Shown piece by piece: positions 12,970-24,190 of a DNA stretch of 60,000 nucleotides. The DNA comes from Malacoraja senta (lineage: Eukaryota). The translations under genes and the position numbers were made by a program. The DNA lies in the NCBI GenBank assembly GCA_038087875.1, contig CM075989.1, positions 17,796,001 to 17,856,000 on the forward strand, read 5' to 3'. The notes below the pieces were generated by a model. The model saw only the letters and a program-made list of their open reading frames with translations, searched no databases and was not told the DNA's origin. Position 1 is the first letter of the stretch. Every line of letters begins with the position of its first letter.

Positions 12970-13128
12970 TTACACTGCAGCTGTGATGTCTAATTAAGAC
13001 GACTTCTAGTCACAGAATCAAAGAGTGTTTGGTCTAACAGCTCATAAACGTCCACCTGAAACTATCTAGTGAAATCCGTAGTTACAAAACACGAACAATG
13101 ATCACTCAGGCCACACTCAACGCGGATC
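12970..13128. repeat. 159-bp local duplication, copy 2
   Basis: Gap-free alignment to 10770-10928, offset 2200 bp. Confidence 0.85.
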
Positions 13129-14632
13129 CTGAAATATTGAGCCTTGTGATATGTTCTCTTGGAATATTTGCTAATTGACAAGCTTGGTCACACTGTAAGG
13201 TATCAAAAACAACCAACTTGGCAGCGTTGCTTAAAGTGAAGCAGTTTGAGTCCACTCATTCATCTCTGAGCTCAAAAGCATTAGCAGCGTTGCAAACACA
13301 ATGGCAAACTCTGGGATATTTATATTCCAGCAGTTCTGTTTATTCTGGGCTTTGAGACATTGTGCACGTTGTCTCCGAGCAGCATGGAAAGTTCTAATTA
13401 TTATCAGTGAACCAGACGATGCTAAGAAAGCCGTGAGGGCTGTGACTGGGTCTGTGAGATCATTGCCTCCTGGTCAAAGGCAGCTGAACGTTAAACCTCC
13501 GCAGCTGCAGTTATGAATTTGGCAGAAAGTTCCACAACTGTTTGAAGAAGATAAATATTACAAAATGATGAAACCCATCCCAATTCATGCTGCCAATTTC
13601 CATCGTTCAGGACCAAATCACGGCTCCAATGTAACCATCTATTTCATTTCTAAACTAAGAGAACAAGAGCTAACTTTCAAAGGGGAATTACATCTATATT
13701 TAAAAGGAGAAAACGCAGGACTATAATAATAGGAAACTGGTCAACACTTTCAAAGAACTAGCAGGCACCTGATGGCTAGCAGGCACCTGATGGGCCAAAT
13801 GGCTTGTGGGTGTGAAAACAGAAAGGGCTGGAAAATCTCAACAGCACTTGTGGAAAATAAACAAGGTTAATGGTTCAAAAACCCTTTGTCAAATGCTCGG
13901 ATCGTTATCTTAAACTGGACATACGAAATATGTTTCTCTCTCTGCAGTTTCTGAGTGTTCCCGGCATTTGCTGTCTTTTGATTTCCATTCCATAGGCTTG
14001 CTGATGTGTTATATACTTCTACGCATCTATGACATTGTATCCTCAGATCTCTTATAACTTGATCCAATTGGTTTAAAAGTGTTTTAACGCAAAGAAGGCG
14101 CACTACATAAGGTGTAGGAAGGAACTGCAGATGCTGGTTTACACCAAACATGCTGGAGTCAGGCAGCATCTCTGGAGAGATGGAATGGGTAACATTTCGG
14201 GTCGAGACCCTTCTTCAGACTGAGATGGACTTAAGACTCAGTCTGATGAAGGGTGTCGACCCGAAACGTCACCTATCATTTTCTCCAGAGATGCTGCCTG
14301 ACCCGCTGAACACTACGTGACTGACTTCATTGAAGATGATCAAAATGTCTGTGAGAGAAATGGCCAATTTCCCCTTTGATGCATTAGATCCGGTTATGCC
14401 ATCTGTCCCTTGCACTAATCTGAGATAGACACAAAAAGCTGGATTAGCTCAGCAGGACAGGCAGCATCTCTTGGGAGAAGGAATGGGTGACGTTTCGGGT
14501 CGAGACCCTTCTTTAGACCCAACACGTCACCCATTCCTTCCCTCCAGAGATGCTGCCTGTCCCGCTCAGTTACTCTAGCATTTTGTGTCTATCTTCGGTG
14601 TAAACCAGCATCTGCAGTTCCTTCAGAAAAAC

Positions 14633-15117
14633 GTAGAAAAATAGGTGCAGAGGTAGGCCATTCGGCCCTTCGAGCCAGCACCGCCATTCAATATAATCAT
14701 GCCTCATCATCTAAAATCGGTACCCCGTTCCCGCTTTTCCCCCATATCCCTTGATTCCCTTAGCCCTAAGAGCTAAATCTAACTCTCTCTTGAAAACATC
14801 CACTGAATTGGCCTCCACTGCCTTCTGTGGCAGCGAATTCCACAAATTCACAACTCTCTGGGTGAAAAAGTTTTTCCTCATCTCAGTCCTGAATGGCCTA
14901 CCCCTTATTCTAAAACTGTGACCTCTGGTTCTGGACACCCCCAACATCAGGAACATTTTTCCTGTATCTAGCCTGTTCAATCCTTTAAGAATTTTATATG
15001 TTTCTATAAGACCCCTTCTCATCCTAAATTCCAGTGAATACAAGCCCTGTCGACCCATTCTCTCATCATATGCCAGTCCCGCCATCGCGGGAATTAACCT
15101 GGTGAACCTACGCTGCG
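14633..15117 (-). mobile_element. CR1-type LINE 3' fragment
   Basis: Translates as QRRFTRLIPAMAGLAYDER...RTRGHSFRIRGRPFRTEMRKNFFTQRVVNLWNSLP, followed by the CR1 3' UTR. Confidence 0.85.
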
Positions 15118-15194
15118 CAATATTCCTACGCAATGTTCCTCCTGAATTGCTTTCTTTTAGCCCTTTAAGCGCTTTGCTTGTCCCAGCACTCATT

Positions 15195-15450
15195 CCCGTG
15201 TGGCGATGTCCAGCGGAGGTCCACGTCTGTCGGTCCTGCAGTTGTGAATCATCCGCTCTAAGGTGGAGAGCGCCTGGCCTGGCCCACGCAGTCACGCCGA
15301 GCGGTCTCCCGCACCAAGTGGGCATTGGGAGGTGTAACGGAGGCCACGTCCCCAGTGTGGTTCTGAAACTCCGCCTTCATGTTCTGAAGGGGCACTGGGG
15401 GGTGTTCACAGTCAACAAGTGGCTCCGTGGTTCCCCGCTCCTCGGGGTAC
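15195..15450 (+). pseudogene. Decayed KBTBD13-like kelch-repeat fragment
   Basis: Collinear matches to the KBTBD13 CDS: LAHAVTPSG vs LRHNVALSG; aaggggcact (15387-15396 = 18146-18155); gggtgttYacagtcaaca 17/18 (15400-15417 vs 18182-18199). Confidence 0.6.
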
Positions 15451-15539
15451 AGCGGTCGAGCGGAGAGTGAGTGATCCGGGCCAGCAATCCGCTTGTTACT
15501 CAAACACAAACCAAGAGATAAACGGGTTGGTGGCTGCAC

Positions 15540-16190
15540 GTGTGTGTTTATGTGCGTTTGTTTGCGTGTATGTGTGTGTGTATATATGTGTGTATGTGCG
15601 TCTGTGTGTGATAGCTTGTGTGTGTGTGTGTGCGCGCCGGTGTGTGTATGTGCGTGTGCAACAGCATGTGTGTTTGTGATTGTGTCTGTTTGTATGTGTT
15701 TGCGTCTGTGTATGTGTGCGTGGTCGTATGTGTGTGTGTGTGTGCGTAATAGGTATGTGTGTGTGTGATAGTATGTGTTTGCGTGTGCGTGTGTGTGTTT
15801 ACGTGTCGGCCTGTATGTTTGTATGTGTATGCGTCTGTATCATAGTATGTGAGTGTGTATGTGTGAGTGTGTATGAGAATGTGAGATAGTGTGTGTAAGT
15901 GTGTGAGATAATGTGTGAGTGTGATAGTGTGTGTGAGATAGTGTGTGTGTGTGTGAGATAGTGTGTGTGTGTGTGTGAGATAGTGTGTGTGAGTGTTTGG
16001 TGGTGTGTGTGTGTGTGTGTGAGATAGTGTGTGTGAGTGTTTGGTGGTGTGTGTGTGTGTGTGTGAGTGAGTGTGTGATAGTGTGAGAGTGTGTGTGATA
16101 GTGTGTGAGTGTGATAGTGTGTGTGAGTGTTTGATGGTGTGTGTGTGTGTGTGAGTGAGTGTGTGATAGTGTGTGTGTGATGGTGTGTGA
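15540..16190. repeat. Complex (TG)n-rich simple repeat
   Basis: Direct inspection. Confidence 0.95.
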
Positions 16191-16199
16191 ACCAGTTTG

Positions 16200-17400
16200 G
16201 GGGTCCATGCATGGCATTGCTCGGCGCTCTCCGGCCACTTCCACACCCCGCACTTCCATTCCTGTCTAGATCCTTCTATCCCTATCTACGCCTGCAGGTA
16301 GAAGGCCCAGCGCGCCCACACTTGCTCACAGAGGCCACGCCGGGACAGAGTGTAGACCCCGGGTGCAGACAGACAGTGCCAGTGAACACGCAGTGAGAGT
16401 GGGGATGGGATCCAGTGCAGGATTGCAGGGCCGGAGAGGCTCGGGGACTGATAGCAACGCCGACCACCGCTCTCCCGTTTCATCCAAAATAACCCGCTGA
16501 CTGCACCTGCTCTGTCGCCCGCTCTCCAGGGACCCGGTATTAATAGCTCACTGGCTGGGCCGTGGCCACGGCTCCCCACAGACCCTGTCTGTCCCCCTGG
16601 ACATTGGCCGCGGGGTGAGTCACTGTCCCGGGGCTCCGAAACACAGTGCGCTCCTTTCTCCAGGACCTCCCGCCGGTACCGGGGAGAGACGCATCGTGTA
16701 ACCGGTACCGGGGAGAGACGCATCGTGTAACCGGTACAGGGGAGAGACGCATCGTGTAGCCGGTACCGGGAGGTAGCCACACCGTGCAGCCAGTAACGAG
16801 GGTGTAACCGGTACCGGGGAGAGACGCACCGTGCAGCCAGTAACGGGGGTGTAACCGGTACCGGGAGGTAGCCACAACGTGTAGCCAGTAACGAGGGTGT
16901 AACCGGTACCGGGAGGTAGCCACACCGTGCAGCCAGTAACGAGGGTGTAACCGGTACCGGGTGAGCGCGGCGCCATGCAGCCGGTGCCGGGCTCGGTGCG
17001 GCTGAAGGTGGAGCAGCGGGTGTTCACGGTGGGCCGGCTGGAGCTGAGCGAGGGCAGCGACTATTTCAGGGCACTGTTCGCGTCGGGCATGCGGGAGAGC
17101 GGCCAGGAGGAGATGGTGCTGCCGCTGCTGGCAGCCCGGGGCTTCGCCCTGACCTTGCGGGTCCTGGCGGGCGAGCGGCCGGCTGTGAGCGGCGAGGAGG
17201 AGATCGGCGAGGCGGCCGAGTGCGCGGCTTTCCTCCAGGCCAGGCTCCTGACCCAGCACCTGGTCCATTGCATCAGCCCCGGCAACTGCGCGCTGATGCT
17301 GCAGGCCGCCGCCGTGTATGGGCTCCCCGAGCTGCTCCACGCCTCGGCACACTTCATCAGGGACCTGCATCCCGATGTACGGCAGGAGCTGAGCTACCTG
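16200..17400. promoter_or_regulatory. CpG island over the KBTBD13 5' region
   Basis: High GC and CpG density; MCAT-like cattcct near 16257; AT-rich tattaata at 16538; possible splice acceptor ctcctttctccAG at 16663. Confidence 0.6.
16673..16990 (+). repeat. Minisatellite of 29-30 and 47-48 bp units, each opened by the palindrome CCGGTACCGG
   Basis: Palindrome starts at 16673, 16702, 16731 (variant), 16760, 16808, 16855, 16903, 16951 and, degenerate, 16981. Confidence 0.9.
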
Positions 17401-18351
17401 GCCCAGGATCAACTGGACTACATCGAATCCCTGCCCCCCAGCACACTGGTGGCCGTGACCACCCACTCCCCCTCTCCCCAACACCCCCACGACCACTCCA
17501 GGACCATCTGCTACCTGGACGAGGCGGACAATGTGTGGAGAGATCTGACCTGGTTGCCCGAGATGGCCAGCACATCCCTCGCCGGCATCGCAGTCATGGA
17601 CAACAAAATCTACATCGTGGGTGGAGTGGATGGCGTGAGCAAGCGGGTGGTGCCCACTAACTTCTGCTACGATGCGGACAGGGACAGCTGGAGCGAGTTT
17701 CCTTGCGGGCAATACCTTCGCCACAACGTGGCTCTGAGCGGCCAGGACGGCTGTCTCTTTGCCATCGGTGGCGTGTACAAGGGTAAGGTGGTGGCCACCG
17801 TGGAGAGGTTTCACGTCGCCTCCAACTCTTGGTCCTCGGTTGCCCAGCTGCCCAGACCCGGGGAAGGGGTGGCGTGCACTCGAGCGATGGGCCGAACGTT
17901 CGTGTGTCTCTGGTTCCCCATGGAGACCACGGACATTTACGAGTACGGGACCCGGGGGGACGAGTGGTCTCTGGTGACCACGCTCAGGCGCCAGCAGAGC
18001 TACGGCCACTGCATGGTGTCCCACGTAGACAACCTGTACGTGATGAGAAACGGGCCAGCCGACGACTTTCTGAGATGCTTCATAGATTGTTACAACCTGA
18101 CCAGGGACCAGTGGAGCAGCCTCTCCGGGTATTATGTCAACAGTAAAGGGGCACTTTTCACAGCCACAGTCAGAGGCGACCGGGTGTTTACAGTCAACAG
18201 AATGTTGACTCTGGTCTACGATATCCAGGGGGACCGCTGGAAGCCGGCAAAGGAAGCGGCTGGCTTCCCTCGGAGTGGCTCCATGCACAGCTTCTTACTC
18301 CGGCTCCCGAAGAGGCGACTTGCTACCCGCCACACGACTATGAATGAATGA
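16975..18351 (+). CDS. KBTBD13: Kelch repeat and BTB domain-containing protein 13 (Cul3 adaptor, muscle), intronless CDS, 458 aa
   Basis: BTB motif SDYFRALFASGMRES; kelch repeats (IYIVGG, LFAIGG); HCMVSHVDNLYVMRNGPADDFLRC and VNSKGALFT...VFTVNR; gccATG after an in-frame TAA at 16948; syntenic position. Confidence 0.93.
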   Translation: MQPVPGSVRLKVEQRVFTVGRLELSEGSDYFRALFASGMRESGQEEMVLPLLAARGFALTLRVLAGERPAVSGEEEIGEAAECAAFLQARLLTQHLVHCISPGNCALMLQAAAVYGLPELLHASAHFIRDLHPDVRQELSYLAQDQLDYIESLPPSTLVAVTTHSPSPQHPHDHSRTICYLDEADNVWRDLTWLPEMASTSLAGIAVMDNKIYIVGGVDGVSKRVVPTNFCYDADRDSWSEFPCGQYLRHNVALSGQDGCLFAIGGVYKGKVVATVERFHVASNSWSSVAQLPRPGEGVACTRAMGRTFVCLWFPMETTDIYEYGTRGDEWSLVTTLRRQQSYGHCMVSHVDNLYVMRNGPADDFLRCFIDCYNLTRDQWSSLSGYYVNSKGALFTATVRGDRVFTVNRMLTLVYDIQGDRWKPAKEAAGFPRSGSMHSFLLRLPKRRLATRHTTMNE

Positions 18352-18856
18352 CAATAGATAATAGTCAATAGACAATAGGTGCAGGAGTAGGCCATTCGGC
18401 CCTTCGAGCCAGCACCGCCATTCAATGTGATCATGGCTGATCATCCTCAATCAGTACCCCGTTCCTGCCTTCTCCCCATATCCTCTGACTCCGATATCTT
18501 TAAGAGCCCTATCTAGCTCTCTCTTGAAAGTATCCAGAGAACCTGCCTCCACCGCCCTCTGAGACAGAGAATTCCACAGATTCACAACTCTCTGTGTGAA
18601 AAAGTGTTTCCTCGTCTCAGTTCTAAATGGCTTACCCCTTATTCTTAAACTGTGGCCCCTGGTTCTGGACACCTCCAACATGGGGAACATGTTTCCTGCC
18701 TCTAGCGTGTCCAAACCCTTAATAATCTTATCTGTTTCAATAAGATACCCTCTCATCCTTCTAAACTCCAGAGTGTACAAGCCCAGCCGCTCCATTCTCT
18801 CAGCATATGACAGTCCCGCCATCCAGGGAATTAACCTTGTAAACCTATGCAGCACT
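18352..18856 (-). mobile_element. CR1-type LINE 3' fragment abutting the KBTBD13 stop codon
   Basis: ORF 18451..18855 (RFTRLIP...FFTQRVVNLWNSL); short tandem tail repeat (caataga-like) begins right after the TGA. Confidence 0.85.
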
Positions 18857-21022
18857 TCCTCAAAAATGATACTGCATTGTTACATGTGACAGGTCACAGT
18901 GGAATTCTTTGCTTGCACACAACCCTTTAGGTATGCAAATAGTTGACACATAAAGGGTACCGACAAAGTTACAAAATTTCCCTCGCCAGGTCCTCCTTTG
19001 TTTCCCCCCCCCTCCACCTCCTGATAGCACAGGACAAAAGCTTTTCACTGTACCATGGTACACGTGACAATAAACAGAACCAAACACAAACATTCTCACT
19101 TTTTAAGGCTACCTTGTTAAAGCGAGGATTCAATCATGATACTAATACAGATACAGCATGGGTATAGGGATGCAGCATGGAAACAGGCCCTTCGGCCCAC
19201 CAAGTCCATGCCAGTCATCAATCACTAGTTCTACATTATCCCACTTTTCCACCCACTCCCTACCCGGTAGGGGCAATTTACAGAGGGCCAATTAACCCAC
19301 AAACCCACACGTCTTTGGGCTGTGGGAGGAAACTGGAGAACCAGAGGAAACCCGCGCTGTCACAGGGTGAACGTGAAAACTCCACGTAGACAGCACCTGA
19401 AGTCACGATCGAGCCTGGGTCTCTGGGCTCTGTGAGGCAGCAGTTCTACCAGCTGCGAAATGAGAAATCAGTCCCTGTAAGATATTATGCTGGTGCCATG
19501 TAGACAGAAACAGACATAGGTTTTGGGGTCAGCACAGTGGTGCAGCGGTAGAGCTGCTGCCTCACAGCTCCAGAGATCCTGCCTATGGGTGCTGTCCGTA
19601 CGGAGTTTGTACGTTCTCCCCGTGACTGTGTGGGTTTTCTCTTGGTGCTCCGGTTTCCTCGCACACTCCAAAGATGTGCAGGTTTGTAAGTTAGTCGGCT
19701 TCTGTAAAATTCTCTCAGACAGAGACAGTTTAATTGCGTACAGCAGGGAATGAGATAAGAATCTGGGATGAATGGATATGCAGAGAATGGGGGAGGGTGT
19801 GCAATGGGCACCAAGATTGCTCATTCATAAACCTGGTACAGACTCAGGTCAAATGGCCTCTTTCCATGCTATAACCCAAAACTGGCATTCAACAAACAAC
19901 CTAATTAAAAAATAACTACATTATTCTTCAGCAAGAAGGGTTTCGGCCCGAAACGTTGCCTATTTCCTTCGCTCCATAGATGCTGCTGCACCCGCTAAGT
20001 TTCTCCAGCATTTTTGTGTACCTTCTTATTCTTCAGCAAAATAGGTGCAAAAGTCAGAAAAATTCAGTTTTTTTTTTAGTCCGTTCTGCCTGTAGTATTT
20101 TCACAATGACTTCACCGAGTACCGATTGTATGGATGAAACACAGTCCTCTGGAAATCGTGTGTGGCTACTGGTCAGTCAAGCCTAAAGAAGAATTAATGT
20201 CATTTTCATTCCCTCTACTTTGGTCCGCACTCCACATCAGACAATGTTTTCAGGAGATCTAACCTCCAGATCCCAGCATTAAGCTTTATAAAGAAATCAC
20301 TTCTCTGGCAATTGTGTTCGAATGCCTCAATGCTTTCTTGGAACCCTTTTGGCTGATATCCCCATTCCATTAATTAATTAATTAAAACTATTTTTAAACT
20401 ACTCGTGATGTTATTCTCATCAGATGTCCAGTATACCATATCAAAAGGACATCACTGAAGGACACATCTTTAAATACTTGCCATTCACAGTTTCTGCTGC
20501 TGGTGTCATCTCTAATATGTGCTTGGAAATCAGGGTACAAGTTTCTATTGACCGCGCTCGTAAGACAGTTTTGCAAACAATATTGTTTTAATTTGTCTAT
20601 ATAATTACTTTTATTTTTGGAACACCAATCTTATCTTTAGTGAAAGACTGTATGCTGGATATATTCCAGCACTTGGTACAACAGAGGAACACAGGTGCAG
20701 GATTAGATCATTCACCCATTTGGTCTGTTCTACCATTTATATGATTATGATCAATTCAAATCTACTGTTCTTCCTTTCTGTACATATCCCTTGACTCCTT
20801 GGTATCTGAAAGGTTTTCACATTTTCCATTAAACCATTATATCTGGTTTATGTTTCAGCATTGAATTTGCTTCAAATGTATTTCAGAGTAAAATAGAACA
20901 TAGAACAGTACAGCACAGGAACAGGCCCTTCAGCCCACAATGTCTGTGCCAGACATGATGCCAAGATAAACTAATCTCCTCTGCCAGTACATGATCCATA
21001 TCCCTCCATTGCTTGCCTACGT

Positions 21023-21341
21023 GGGTGGTACAGTAGAGTTGCTGCCTTACAGCAGTAGAGTTGCTGCCTTACAGTGCCAGAGACCAGGGTTCGATCCTGA
21101 CTATGGGTGCTGCCTGTACAGAGTTTATACATTCTTCCTGTGACCACGTGAGTGTTCTCTGCGTGCTCCAGTTTCCTCCCACACTCCAAAGACATACAAG
21201 TTTGTAGGTTAATTGGCTTTGGCAAAAATTGGAAATTGTCCCTTGTGTGTAGGATAGTGCTGATGTATGGGTTGATCGCTGGTCGGTGTGGACTCAGTGG
21301 GCCAAAGGGCCTGTTTTCACGCTGTATCTCTAAAGTTTAAA
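21023..21341 (+). mobile_element. HE1/V-SINE-like SINE inserted in a minus-strand CR1 fragment (about 20893-21690)
   Basis: B-box gggttcgatcc and CR1-type tail; CR1 sequence on both sides. Confidence 0.7.
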
Positions 21342-22694
21342 TGGTGCCTATCTAAAGTCTTTTCAATGCCACTGCCTTCTGCCTTCAACAGCACTCCTGG
21401 TAGAGTGTTCCAATCCCCAAAACTCTCTGTGCAAAAAACCTGCCCCACAAATCTCCTTTAAATTTTGCCCCTCTCACCTTAAAGCTGTGCCCTCTAGTTT
21501 TTGACATTTCCACCATGGGACAAAGGTTCTGACTGTCTACCCTATCTATGCCTTTCACAATTGTATATAGTTTTATCAGGTCTCCCCGCAACCTCTGACT
21601 TTCCAGAGAAAACAATTCAATCTGTCTGTCCAACTTCTCCTTATAGTTAGTACTCTCCACACAGATTCTGGCTTGCCTCTTCTGCACCATACTCCCAAAC
21701 CAAACTCCTATAAAGCTACAACCTGATCCTGTCTCTTACACTCAACGCCCAATTCTCAATTAAGTCGATTATTATCAGTTCAAAATGGCTGATGGGTGTA
21801 AGCCAAATGACTAATGTAGGAATATGTCCAAAGGCTTTGCAACAAATCCAGAAAAAATAACAACTTAGGAAACTTTGATACCAGAAAGAAATGTTAAGCC
21901 TTCAATGAAAAGATGAGTCGAAATACAGGAAAAAAAATACACACATAGAAGCTTGGCTATCTCTTTATCCCTATAAAAATCCATGAAGTCTATTTTATAT
22001 GAAGAAGCTAGGCTTGCAATAACCGGTAGTTAAGTTGTCTGGAGGAGTGTTGCTCTGTGAGCAAATTTGTAAATTGTTTGATAAACTGTTGGCTTGGAAT
22101 GTGCCAGATTCCTCATGCTTCTTGCTGTTATGGTTGGAATGAGAAAGAGTGGATGAAACCCTCCCTTTGAATTAAGAAAATAAATAGAAAGAAGATACAG
22201 ACTTTCATGAAGTGTGTTATATATTGTGTAAACTATTTGGATGGAGAGATAAAATGGGCGGGAGCTGCCGGCTGTGATTTTATTTCAGTTCTTCTTCAAT
22301 TGTTGAAATTCTTCCATTTGTCCGGTAGCACGAGGGAAAGATCTCCATATATAAATGTGTGTGAGTCTTGCCAAACGAGTTGGGTCCGAGATCTGGATTT
22401 TTTTGAATGACGGTTTGCTTGCCGTGATTATTTAAGAATCTGATAACTCGTGAAGGTACCAACAACAGACATCTCAGCAATGACAAATAGCTTGTATATT
22501 CTCTCAACTCTTGGCCTCGTTGGGCGAGCAGCAATATTCAGCTCTTGCACCTTGGTTTGATGTGGTATTTGTTGGTGGAGGGTGGGGAGAGGGAGGATAA
22601 TGGAGGAGGGGTATAGGGGACTGAAGAGGGAGAGTGAGATGCATTCACATTGATCTTATATTTTACAGGTTCTTGCCATTTTGAACTTTAAAAA

Positions 22695-22877
22695 CATTGC
22701 AGTCACGCTCCCACTTGCCGGCCACGCCTGCGCAGTTGGGGAAGGGTTGCCGTGACTCACGTCACAATGGCGATCTCTGGCGTCACAACGGGAACCCGTC
22801 AGCCGCGCCTGCGCAGTTGGGGGCTATGGGTCAGTGGTGGAATATTGCCTTGAGGGACGGGTCCGCACCTGGTCTAG
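22695..22877 (+). mobile_element. Probable Helitron 3' end fragment
   Basis: Ends gggtccgcacctggtCTAG followed by t, like the termini at 34594 and 35288; internal direct repeat cgcctgcgcagttgggg. Confidence 0.5.
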
Positions 22878-23189
22878 TTTGTTTCTAAATTTGCTAGGTA
22901 TTAAAATGTTTCTATTATTAAAAGACTCAAGATACCAATTCAAGTTGATACATGAGATGCATGTGTGGAAGACTCCGATATTTTCTTTAGTTCTTGGACA
23001 TCACCATCAGACACCGCAGACAATGAACTGGTCTGATGACTTGGAAAGGGTGCATGGTTCATCGAGAATAATATTTATGATTCTGTTTTTCAGAGGGAAG
23101 AAGAAGTATGTATTTTTTAATAAATGTACATCCCCTCATGAAATGATTCTATAAGCTGAATGGCCATTTACATCTACCAGTGATAAGTA

Positions 23190-24190
23190 GATAGAGTCAT
23201 GGAGTCATACAGCGTAGAAACAGGCCCTTTGGCCCAACCAGCACACACCGACCAACACTAGTCCCACCTGCCAACATTTCCTTCCAAACCTCTCCTATGC
23301 ATTTACCTGTCCAAATGTCATTTAAACGTTGTGACAGTATCCGTTTCAAATACCTCCTCTGGCAGCTCATTCCATATACCCACCACCCTTTGTGTAAAAA
23401 AGTTGCACCTCAGATTCTTATTAAATAGTTCCCCCCCCACCCCCACCCCCACCCACTTTAAACCTATGTCCTCTGTTTTTTGAATCCCATACTCTAATTA
23501 AAAGACTGTGCATTTACCCAATCTATTCCTCTCATATTAATGTGCACGTCAATAAGATCACCACTCATCCTCCTGCACTCTAAGGAATAAAGTCCTCAAC
23601 CTCTCCCTACATCTCAGGTCATCAGGTCTTGGCAACATCCTTGTAAATCTTCTCTGCAGCCTTTCCAGCTTGACAACATATTTCCTGTAACAGTGTGACC
23701 AAAATTTAAAACAATACTCCAAATGTGGTCTCATCAATGTCTTCTATATCTGTAATATGACATCCCAACTTCTATACTCAGTACTCTGACTGCTGAAGGC
23801 TAGTGAGCCGTAAGCCTTCCTGACCATCCAATCTACCGGTGATGCCACTTTTAAGGAACTATATACCTGCACACCGCGACCATTCTACACTACAGCACTC
23901 CCCAGGGCACCTGCCATTCACTACGAAGGTCCTGCCCTGGTTTGACTTCCCAAAATGCAACACATCGCACTTATCTGTATTAAACTCCATCAACCATTCT
24001 TCAGCCCACTTGCTCAAATGATTAAGATCCCGCTGCAATTTTTGATAACCATCTTCGCTGTCTACGATGCCACCCACTTTCGTGTCATCTGCAAACTTGC
24101 TAATCATGCCTTGTACGTTCTCCACAATATAAACCGCAAACAGCAGAGGGCCCAGCACTGACCCCTGAGGCGCACCACCAGTCACAGGAT
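23190..24190 (-). mobile_element. CR1-type LINE fragment with RT motifs
   Basis: Translates as PQGSVLGPLLF...SKFADDTK...WAEEWLMEFNTDKC. Confidence 0.85.

Noticed and set aside
16673..16990. CRISPR-like appearance (palindromic repeats at regular spacing)
   Set aside because: The spacers are themselves repeated, the repeat is only 10 bp, no cas genes are present and the context is a vertebrate gene. It is a minisatellite.
16540..18288. 582-aa antisense ORF overlapping KBTBD13
   Set aside because: It is codon-aligned with the sense frame, so stops would need TTA/CTA/TCA sense codons, which are rare in this GC3-rich gene. Its tail is the translated minisatellite. Most likely a shadow ORF.
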